Shown: positions 1-7,665 of the stretch, piece after piece
Layout of the letters: each line of letters starts with the position of its first letter
Position numbering within the stretch: the stretch's first letter is position 1
Source: Candidatus Heimdallarchaeota archaeon
GTDB taxonomy: Archaea > Asgardarchaeota > Heimdallarchaeia > Hodarchaeales > Hodarchaeaceae
Direction of reading: 5' to 3'
NCBI GenBank assembly: GCA_048881705.1
Contig: JBHLSH010000056.1
Location: 1-26,075 of the forward strand
Length of the DNA stretch: 26,075 bases
Made by a program: the position numbers and the translations under genes
Notes under the pieces: generated by a model
Told to the model about the DNA's origin: nothing
Databases searched by the model: none
What the model saw: the letters and a program-made list of their open reading frames with translations, nothing else

Positions 1-63
1 AAAGGTTTTCAATTGAAATTACCCCATTATTCAGTCCTCAGAATTCCAAGAGTCAATTAAAGT

Positions 64-996
64 TCAAAGGATAACCAAGAGTGAGGTTAGATACATAATG
101 AAAAAACCTAATACTAGTCCAAAGAAGTTCCATTTGTTTTTCTTAAAATCGTTTCCGATGTGAGAAGTAATATCGATAACGACCTTCAAAAGCGAACCAG
201 CAGCTAGTGCAAAGAAAAATAATGCAACCCCATTGGAAAAGACAAAAATTCCCAGTAAACTTCCAACAATCGTTGGCCCTCCAGCTAGAAGTCCAAATAT
301 AAATAGCGTTCGATAGTTAACAGTAGATTTTGACACTGGAGCAGTAATGGCAAGTCCTTCAGTAACATTATGGATCGCAAAACCAAAAATTAGTACAGTA
401 GCCAAGGTAATATTGCCGGTTCCATATGCTACCCCCACTGCTAGACCCTCTCCCAAATTATGAAGGCCAATACCAAAGGAAATTATGGCTGCTAATATAA
501 ACGGGGGGGATAGATCTTCTATTCCAAGTAATGATAGTTTATTGCCAGAATTCTTGGCTTTTGACGTTTCCTTTTCATCCTCTGCCGTTTTCTTTGATGA
601 TTCCGCTGATTTTACCAGTGTTTCAATGAATATTAAAATGCCCAAGCCAGCCGTGAACCCTAAAAAGAGTATAGCAGGCCCAAGAAAAAACACGATATCT
701 TGATTTCTCGAGATTAAATCAAATAGCATTCGATCTAATAATGGTACAGTGGCTTGTCCGTCTGCGGGGATCTGCATTCCCGCAGGTAATTTATCTGCCA
801 TTTCTATAGACTCTGCTACTACATCTACAAACAGGAATACGAGTACACCCAAGGAAATACTAACAACGACATTCAACCACTCTCTTGAAAGGCGTTTAAG
901 TAAAGGTAGAAAATAAAAACCTAAAAAAACTGGGACTAGGCCAACGTAGAGACCCAAGAGAACTCCTATGAATGTCAATTGACCGAAATCTGCCAT
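64..996 (-). CDS. ZIP family (ZupT/GufA-like) divalent metal transporter
   Basis: 310 aa, about 8 hydrophobic segments; ZIP TM4/TM5 signatures GLHNLGEGLAVG and AIHNVTEG; AGGTG SD-like motif upstream; last gene of the mntR-MCO-MCO run. Confidence 0.92.
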   Translation of the reverse strand: MADFGQLTFIGVLLGLYVGLVPVFLGFYFLPLLKRLSREWLNVVVSISLGVLVFLFVDVVAESIEMADKLPAGMQIPADGQATVPLLDRMLFDLISRNQDIVFFLGPAILFLGFTAGLGILIFIETLVKSAESSKKTAEDEKETSKAKNSGNKLSLLGIEDLSPPFILAAIISFGIGLHNLGEGLAVGVAYGTGNITLATVLIFGFAIHNVTEGLAITAPVSKSTVNYRTLFIFGLLAGGPTIVGSLLGIFVFSNGVALFFFALAAGSLLKVVIDITSHIGNDFKKNKWNFFGLVLGFFIMYLTSLLVIL

Positions 997-1031
997 TTTT
1001 ATACACCTACATCCAATATTCTTGCTTTATA

Positions 1032-2018
1032 CTATTCTATGACCGTAAACTCGCCTATCATCCCAAGAACATCATGCTTGGGTATCCCACATATATATTT
1101 TGAGTCCATAAGTTCGGTAGCTTCTAATATAAAGTCACCGAACTCTAAAGCCCCGAATAGAACACTTTTACGATCTTCTCCAGTTATCGAATCTCTCCAA
1201 TTTATACTGGGTATGAATATATCGTGATTTGAATTCGGACCCACATTGATAACACGGAACCTGATCCTTTCGCCTAATTTGAACACATAATGGGGAGTGT
1301 AAGGATATATTTTCCCATTAAATGTCATATAGGTCGGTCCCTGAGTAACTTCAGCTTCGAATTCGGATTCTACCAAGATTATCTCGTGATCTGCTTGAAT
1401 TGGATCATTTTTCCCGTAAACGATCAGCGCACCGAACAACCCTCTTTCGATACCCTCTCCGGATTCAGGTATCGTAATGTTTTGGAGAATTATTACTTCA
1501 TCTAGCTCGGCTACTGCGTCATGATATGCCCAGGTACCTACTGAAGTGTCGTTAGCGTAAAGTGTATACGTATACGTTCCCCCAGGTACCGCAAACGAGC
1601 TGCTCATGAAAGTTCCATCGCTTCGGAATTCCCTGGCCAAGCCATGGGCATGAAAACTCACAATTGTACTCAGTCTGTTCTCCAAAGTGAGGATTAATGT
1701 ATCTCCTTCATTTAAACAAATGTGTGGACCGGGGATGGTCCCGTTAAATGCCCATCCAATAAATGACTGGCCAGGTGCCACCTCCCAAACAACTGTTTCC
1801 GCGACAAGACTTACTTCTTTAATAGGTTCATCCGATATACCCCCACAATCAGATTGGGGTTCAGAATGAGAGCCGATGTGGCCTTCTACGTTTTCAAAAC
1901 TACCACTTGGAGTAGGAAAGATCATCTGCGGGGTATAGAGAATAAATCCTAAAAGAAGAACCAATCCTAAGATAGTTCCAAATAAACTTTGCACTTTCCT
2001 ATTATCTAATCCCGTCAT
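1032..2018 (-). CDS. Two-domain multicopper oxidase-like protein (MCO-B), membrane-anchored; retains domain-1 T2/T3 His and domain-2 T1 ligands only
   Basis: Cupredoxin motifs WAFNGTIPGP, SFHAHG, WAYHD, ERGLFGALIV, TFNGK; T1 pattern H...C-x4-H-x4-M (NHD...ICGIPKHDVLGM). Start moved from 2072 to ATG 2018, which forms an ATGA overlap with the upstream stop (2015-2017) and is followed directly by a hydrophobic anchor. Confidence 0.85.
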   Translation of the reverse strand: MTGLDNRKVQSLFGTILGLVLLLGFILYTPQMIFPTPSGSFENVEGHIGSHSEPQSDCGGISDEPIKEVSLVAETVVWEVAPGQSFIGWAFNGTIPGPHICLNEGDTLILTLENRLSTIVSFHAHGLAREFRSDGTFMSSSFAVPGGTYTYTLYANDTSVGTWAYHDAVAELDEVIILQNITIPESGEGIERGLFGALIVYGKNDPIQADHEIILVESEFEAEVTQGPTYMTFNGKIYPYTPHYVFKLGERIRFRVINVGPNSNHDIFIPSINWRDSITGEDRKSVLFGALEFGDFILEATELMDSKYICGIPKHDVLGMIGEFTVIE

Positions 2019-3064
2019 AACCCGCTTTCCTCCATGAGTTGCATAACATACTGAATCGGATTTCCTGTCCAATCACTGGGGATAACTGAGAGCATTCCTG
2101 TCATCCCAGCAGCAATATGGTCATAAATGTGGCAATGATACATCCATAATCCAGGGTTTTTTGCAATGATCAACCGGTCAATTGCCTCTCCTGGTAAAAG
2201 CAGTTCATTGTCAAGGGTACGATTCCCTTCATCTCTCCAGGTATGACCATGAATGTGCGTTGTATGAGGATCCCCTTTGTCTCCAATGTCTATGTTTATA
2301 GCCCGGTACCTAATTCGTTCCCCTTGCCGGAAAATGTAATGTGGAGCATATGGATAGGCACCCCCATTTTGAACTGCAAAGTAATCGTCGTTGTTTGTGA
2401 TCGGGGGTTTAAACGAATCTAAAAAGACTACTACATCATGAGCGGGAAATGGCTCGACGCGATCGTAAATAATGAACGCTCCATATAAACCTCGTTCAAC
2501 ACTTTCATTATTTAACACGTCGAGGTTTACATTATTCTCCGTTAATCCTTTAAATGCAACCATATCCCTATATATCCAAGTACCTTCTCTATTTTGCGGA
2601 ATTCCTATCGTAAGAACCTCAGTTTCCTGTGATGGTATTGATACGCGACTAAACGTATCGTTTACACGCTGTCGAGTAACTGGTTGGACCACATCAATGC
2701 TGATAGGTTCCGCCAAGTTGTTAGTAACTGAGAACTCAACCGTATCGTTTTCATAAACTCCCAGTGTAGGTCCAGGTATCGTTCCATTAAATGTCCATGC
2801 TGTAAAATATTGGCCTGGAGCCACTTCCCATTCAACCTCTTCTACAATAAGAGAAAATCGACGAATTTGAGGAGTAGAAGAGGGATTTACAAATATATCA
2901 GGCTCGATATGCGAGTCTAAATGTCCATCGAACGTTACATTCACAGATTCTTCATTTGGAAGAAATATCTGCGGAGTTACGACTTCAAAAATAACTAACC
3001 CGATAAATAGGATCGTAACTACGAAGAAGTTAAGCTGAATTCTATTCCCAGGTTTAATCAACAA
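2015..3064 (-). CDS. Two-domain multicopper oxidase-like protein (MCO-A), membrane-anchored; complete domain-2 ligand set, domain-1 His lost
   Basis: WTFNGTIPGP, HTTHIHGH, WMYHCHIYDHIAAGM (SLAC-like type B two-domain MCO); N-terminal hydrophobic helix; TTG start. Confidence 0.9.
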   Translation of the reverse strand: MLIKPGNRIQLNFFVVTILFIGLVIFEVVTPQIFLPNEESVNVTFDGHLDSHIEPDIFVNPSSTPQIRRFSLIVEEVEWEVAPGQYFTAWTFNGTIPGPTLGVYENDTVEFSVTNNLAEPISIDVVQPVTRQRVNDTFSRVSIPSQETEVLTIGIPQNREGTWIYRDMVAFKGLTENNVNLDVLNNESVERGLYGAFIIYDRVEPFPAHDVVVFLDSFKPPITNNDDYFAVQNGGAYPYAPHYIFRQGERIRYRAINIDIGDKGDPHTTHIHGHTWRDEGNRTLDNELLLPGEAIDRLIIAKNPGLWMYHCHIYDHIAAGMTGMLSVIPSDWTGNPIQYVMQLMEESGL

Positions 3065-3098
3065 TAATAATCACATCTAGTTACTGGTATCAAAATCT

Positions 3099-3518
3099 TC
3101 ATGCAGTTGCTAATTCAATATTTGGAAATGGGCGTCCGTGAGGACAATGAAGAGGGTTTTCTAGTTTTTTTCTTAATTGTTCAATTACTCTGTCCGAAAA
3201 CGCATGTTCAAGCCGGTGAGCCTCCTCGTGAACTGAATCTAAGTCGAGACCCAAGAATTCATGCAAAAACACCTCGATAATTCTGTGTTTTAATGTTAAT
3301 TTGGCACCGATCTTCAGTCCTCTCGCTGTAAGTACGATTGGAGAATAATTAGTCTTTTGTACCAAATTTCGCTTTGCAAGGGATGTTACTCGCTCTGAAA
3401 CAGTAGATTTCGCCAAATCCATGTATTGTACAAGATCCTTGATCTTTATTTCTCGGCCCAGTTCTTCTGTTAACCGATAAATCGCCCTTAGGTAATCTTC
3501 TTGGGTTCGCGTTACCAT
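3099..3518 (-). CDS. mntR: DtxR/MntR family metal-dependent transcriptional repressor (short form, no FeoA/SH3 domain)
   Basis: EDYLRAIY, HTH, KHRIIEVFL, EEAHRLEHAFS, CPHGRPFP; 139 aa. Confidence 0.92.
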   Translation of the reverse strand: MVTRTQEDYLRAIYRLTEELGREIKIKDLVQYMDLAKSTVSERVTSLAKRNLVQKTNYSPIVLTARGLKIGAKLTLKHRIIEVFLHEFLGLDLDSVHEEAHRLEHAFSDRVIEQLRKKLENPLHCPHGRPFPNIELATA

Positions 3519-3538
3519 AAGTTCGTACTTACGAACTT
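3519..3538. promoter_or_regulatory. Perfect palindromic operator AAGTTCGTA-CT-TACGAACTT, probable MntR/DtxR autoregulatory box
   Basis: 9-bp perfect inverted arms with a 2-bp spacer directly abutting the mntR start codon; AT-rich TATA-like stretch at about 3539-3548 on the minus strand, consistent with a leaderless transcript. Confidence 0.8.
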
Positions 3539-3732
3539 TTTTTAATAGATTATTTTACGGTTTTCGCTATGTCAGATGATAATCAGGCACGCCAATGGAG
3601 TTTAAGAAGAAAGAAATGTTTTGTGATATGGTTAAATTAGGGGCTTTTCCCCAATTTAAACCGCTATTTCAGACTAATGTCACAAATTCCTGAATGTATC
3701 AAAACATTAAAATGGTAGACAGATAAAAGATT

Positions 3733-5238
3733 ATGGTAAAATCACAATTGGGAGAAATTAGATTGAGACCAAGCGGATGGGCCAAAAATAGTAGTGTTGG
3801 AATTTCGGTACTCTTTCTATTCATCCTCCCGATTTTATTTGGTTCTTACTCTTTAATTCTGGAAAGATATCGTTTAATAAACGAGAAGATTGAAAAAAAA
3901 CCTGTTCTTAAGGAGAAAAATCCGTCAAGGTATAACTACCATCCGCCCATTAAAATTGAGGGAAACTGGGAGGCTGTAAGCACGGCCACAAATGAAAACT
4001 GGCCTGGGAACGGAACGTTGGCATCACCGTATGTAATCCAAAATTATAACATTACTACCCGGCCATCTATGGATTGGGGCGATGTTTTAATCGGGATTAC
4101 AGACACGGATTTATACTTTATAATCAGAAATTGCTTTTTAAAAGGAGGATATATTGGGATTCGGTTAGATAATGCATCAGGTGTTCAGATCTCAAATAAC
4201 GTCTTGATAAACAACTATGCGAGTGTTGAACTGAGCTCGGTGGGAAAAAACGAGATATTAAACAGCAGCATAATTGAATGCAGGGGTAATGGAGTTTTTC
4301 TTTTGTATTCCGGAAAAAGCTCCATTAGGGGAAACAAATTTTCTGACATTCTGGGAACGGCTATTTCCTTGTGGAATTCAGGTGGTAGTATAATTTCTCA
4401 TAATATAATAGCCTCAATTTGGGGAGATGGCATAAGCCTGAGAACATCTGGAAATAATACGATTATTAATAACGTTTTGCTGAATAGGGGTATCACGATA
4501 AGCGGTTCAAGTATCAGTGACTTTATACAGAACCTAGTAGACAATAATACGTTGAATGGGAAATTTTTGGTCTATATGCAGAATTTAGACGGAGTTACTG
4601 TCCCAATGGATGCCGCGCAAGTAGCTATGGTAAATTGTACTAATATTATATTGGAGAGTCGTTATCTTTCCAATGTTTCAATAGGTGCTTTGGTCGCGTT
4701 TAGTTCTGGAATCGAGATCGTGAGAAATGTCATATCAAATAACATTAGAATCGGTATATCCTTAATTAACGTTACAAAATGCGTCATTTCTGATAACATC
4801 ATTATCTTAAACCACGGAGACGGGATAAAACTCTACAAGTCAACCGACTGTCTTATAACAAACAATACCTTTACACAAAATGTCCAGAGAGGGATTTCCC
4901 TTTTCTATTCCCAAGGAAACTCCATAACCTGGAATAAATTCATTGAAAATAGTCGGGGGACAGTTTCTCAAGCCTTCGATGACAGCAATCGAAATACTTT
5001 TGCATATAACTACTGGAATGATTGGATATCACCTGATTTGAATCAGGATGGCCTTGTAGATTTACCTTATGCTGTTGATGGACACACTGATAACCAAGAT
5101 CGTTTTCCCCGTACCTCGCCGACGGGACGTCTCAGTGAGGGGCCCGATTTTCGTTTTATGATAGTTTCCGCTCTTATAGTAACTATTGCCGTTCTCCTAA
5201 TCCTTCCACGAGTTAAAATCAGGCTTTTTGGGGATTGA
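3733..5238 (+). CDS. NosD/CASH right-handed parallel beta-helix surface protein with C-terminal membrane anchor
   Basis: N-terminal hydrophobic segment, WPGNGTLASPYVIQN, many GI.L..S..N.I.NN.I repeats, NYWNDW..PDLNQDGLVD.PY motif, C-terminal TM helix. Confidence 0.85.
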   Translation: MVKSQLGEIRLRPSGWAKNSSVGISVLFLFILPILFGSYSLILERYRLINEKIEKKPVLKEKNPSRYNYHPPIKIEGNWEAVSTATNENWPGNGTLASPYVIQNYNITTRPSMDWGDVLIGITDTDLYFIIRNCFLKGGYIGIRLDNASGVQISNNVLINNYASVELSSVGKNEILNSSIIECRGNGVFLLYSGKSSIRGNKFSDILGTAISLWNSGGSIISHNIIASIWGDGISLRTSGNNTIINNVLLNRGITISGSSISDFIQNLVDNNTLNGKFLVYMQNLDGVTVPMDAAQVAMVNCTNIILESRYLSNVSIGALVAFSSGIEIVRNVISNNIRIGISLINVTKCVISDNIIILNHGDGIKLYKSTDCLITNNTFTQNVQRGISLFYSQGNSITWNKFIENSRGTVSQAFDDSNRNTFAYNYWNDWISPDLNQDGLVDLPYAVDGHTDNQDRFPRTSPTGRLSEGPDFRFMIVSALIVTIAVLLILPRVKIRLFGD

Positions 5239-5328
5239 TTCTTCGTCCAGTCTTTTGGATTACGAATGTGAAAAAGCATAAGAAGGCGGCAATGACAGTA
5301 TCGGTATCCTTCAGCAGGTTCTCGGTCG

Positions 5329-7638
5329 ATGTGCTTTTCAAAAACTGATCTTATATACTATTTTGGACTAAAAAGCAACATTTATGCCGATTTCAAGCAA
5401 CGAATGCAAACATTTCTAGATCAATTAAAGAATAACAATCACAATATGTCTTATTTGGAGGCTTGGAAGAGGAAATTTGAATCACGCAACATTGAAATCA
5501 GGAAATCTCCGGACTTATGGATTAATCAAATCTTCTTTCTACTTATAGCAAATCTAGTCCTTCAACTCTACCTAAACAATCTGAAAGTGAAGTATCCCAA
5601 TTCAGGTGGTCAACTAGGGCAGATTACTGAGGATTTCAAGTTCGAAAACAACAGTGATCTATTTCTCATGGATTGGATCTTGGATGCTGGAGGGAACGAA
5701 ATTATCAGCCGATTAAAAGTTCAGATCATCAGTCTAATAAAAGAATCAGGTATTTGGGAGATACAAGGAGATTTCTTCAGAGAACTATATGAAGAGCTCA
5801 TCACAAAAACCTCACGACTGGAAAGGGGAGAATATTATACTCCTGATTGGCTGGCTGATTTAATTGTTGGTGAAGTTTGGCGAATTTGGAACCAATCTGT
5901 TCTTGGTAAAGCGGGAAAAAAAAACCCCAAAATATTGGATCCTGCCTGCGGAAGTGGAACATTTATCTTCATGTTCGTCAATCTATACTATGAGAGAGTC
6001 AGCAAGAAACCACCACGCAATAACCATCTAGAGGTCCACGGATTTGATATAAACCCAATTGCGGTGTACGTGGCGCGGATTAATTATATTTTGGCTATTC
6101 CTCCCTTGATTCTGTTTGATATACTCAATACTAGGCCAAGGTTTTATCTGGACATTATTACTAAGGACTCTCTAGATATAGATTCGAAAATTCTACGTGA
6201 AAATGGACAATCTTTTGAGAATTCGTTCGACATTATCATTGGTAATCCGCCCTGGTTAGTATTGAGATCGATAAACAATTTGGGGTATCAGGATCGTCTC
6301 AAAAAGGAATTTATTAAGTTTAATCTGGTACGAAGCACTGACGTACATCTTTTTACCCAGCTAGACGTAGCCACGCTGTTTTTTGCGAAAAGCTTCAACT
6401 TTTACCTTAAAGAGGGAGGAAAGATAGCTTTCGTGATGCCCAAAAGCGTTCTGACGGGAGCAAAGCAACATGAGAAGTTTAGAAAATTCAATTTGCCTCA
6501 AATGGGACTTGATCGAATCTGGGATCTTCAAGAAGTAACCCCCCTCTTCTATATGCCCGCCTGCGTCCTTTTTGCCACCAAAGGCAAAAAAGTGCAATAT
6601 CCTGTCAAAATGATTAAATGGAACGGAGATATTCCTAAAAACGGGATTAAACTGGGAACTTATGGTCAGTTTATTGAAACAAAAGAAACCGAATATATCC
6701 CTCCCAAGTTCCAACTAAATAAATCTTGGTATTATAATAAATTTAAAGTTGGGTTAAGTATTTTTCCAAGGAACTTCTATTTTGTCCACATCGGAGCGAT
6801 TAAAGACTCCTATGTTGAGATTAAGACTGAACCTGAGGTAAATTCCCTTTCAAAGCCTCGATGGAAAGATATCTTTCTTAAGGGTAAAATCTCCACGGAA
6901 TACCTTTTTGTAACTCTCTTGTCTTGGGAAATGTTTAGCTTTGGCTACAACCGACTTAGATACGTAGCTCTTCCCATTTCTAGCAAACGAGGTAATAGAT
7001 CCTCATATGTTCCGATAACCTTGGAGGATCTAAAACAAAAAGATAAAAATTCCTACGAATGGTTTGCGCAAGCGGATGAAACATGGAATCGCCTCAGTAC
7101 TGAGAGATCAAAGGTTCGATTCCCAACTCTTCTTGCGAGATTAAACTACAATAACCTGATCTCGTATCAAAGTCCAGATCGAAGGTATTTAGTCGCTTTC
7201 AGTGGGACTGGTACCAATTTAACCTCTTGTGTCATTGACAAAAGGAGGCTCAAGTCGGTTCCTGCCAAAAATCCCTTACGTTTCATTGCGGATGTAAAAA
7301 CCTGGTTTTTGGAAACAAATGAAAGCTCCGAGGCCCATTATTTATCCGCAGTTTTCAATAGTAATGTATTAAATAAACTTATCAAACCTTTACAACCTCA
7401 GGGGTTAGGTGGTGGACGTGCCATTCATAGAAGAGCATTAGCGTTCCCGATACCCCAATTTAATCCATCTAAACCTATACATTGTGAATTGGCCAAGCTT
7501 AGTAAAATAGCCCATGATCGTCTTATTGGTACGACCTTTCGAAAAAGTGGTACAATGCGGAAGAAAGCAAGACGAAAAATATTAGATATTCTACCAAATC
7601 TAGACCAGCAAGTCACTAATCTATTGGCCCCTCCTTGA
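5329..7638 (+). CDS. N6-adenine DNA methyltransferase with fused target-recognition region (Type IIG/Eco57I-like MTase-TRD), no evident nuclease domain
   Basis: GEYYTPDWLA, ILDPACGSGTF (motif I), IIGNPPW (motif IV), gamma-class order; true start may be ATG 5404 (MQTFLDQ). Confidence 0.88.
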   Translation: MCFSKTDLIYYFGLKSNIYADFKQRMQTFLDQLKNNNHNMSYLEAWKRKFESRNIEIRKSPDLWINQIFFLLIANLVLQLYLNNLKVKYPNSGGQLGQITEDFKFENNSDLFLMDWILDAGGNEIISRLKVQIISLIKESGIWEIQGDFFRELYEELITKTSRLERGEYYTPDWLADLIVGEVWRIWNQSVLGKAGKKNPKILDPACGSGTFIFMFVNLYYERVSKKPPRNNHLEVHGFDINPIAVYVARINYILAIPPLILFDILNTRPRFYLDIITKDSLDIDSKILRENGQSFENSFDIIIGNPPWLVLRSINNLGYQDRLKKEFIKFNLVRSTDVHLFTQLDVATLFFAKSFNFYLKEGGKIAFVMPKSVLTGAKQHEKFRKFNLPQMGLDRIWDLQEVTPLFYMPACVLFATKGKKVQYPVKMIKWNGDIPKNGIKLGTYGQFIETKETEYIPPKFQLNKSWYYNKFKVGLSIFPRNFYFVHIGAIKDSYVEIKTEPEVNSLSKPRWKDIFLKGKISTEYLFVTLLSWEMFSFGYNRLRYVALPISSKRGNRSSYVPITLEDLKQKDKNSYEWFAQADETWNRLSTERSKVRFPTLLARLNYNNLISYQSPDRRYLVAFSGTGTNLTSCVIDKRRLKSVPAKNPLRFIADVKTWFLETNESSEAHYLSAVFNSNVLNKLIKPLQPQGLGGGRAIHRRALAFPIPQFNPSKPIHCELAKLSKIAHDRLIGTTFRKSGTMRKKARRKILDILPNLDQQVTNLLAPP

Positions 7639-7665
7639 GATAGACTTTTCCTCCCATTGATTCAC

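Noticed and set aside
2019-2072. ORF-track N-terminal extension of MCO-B (start 2072)
   Set aside because: It lies inside MCO-A; ATG 2018 gives an ATGA-coupled start directly before the membrane anchor.
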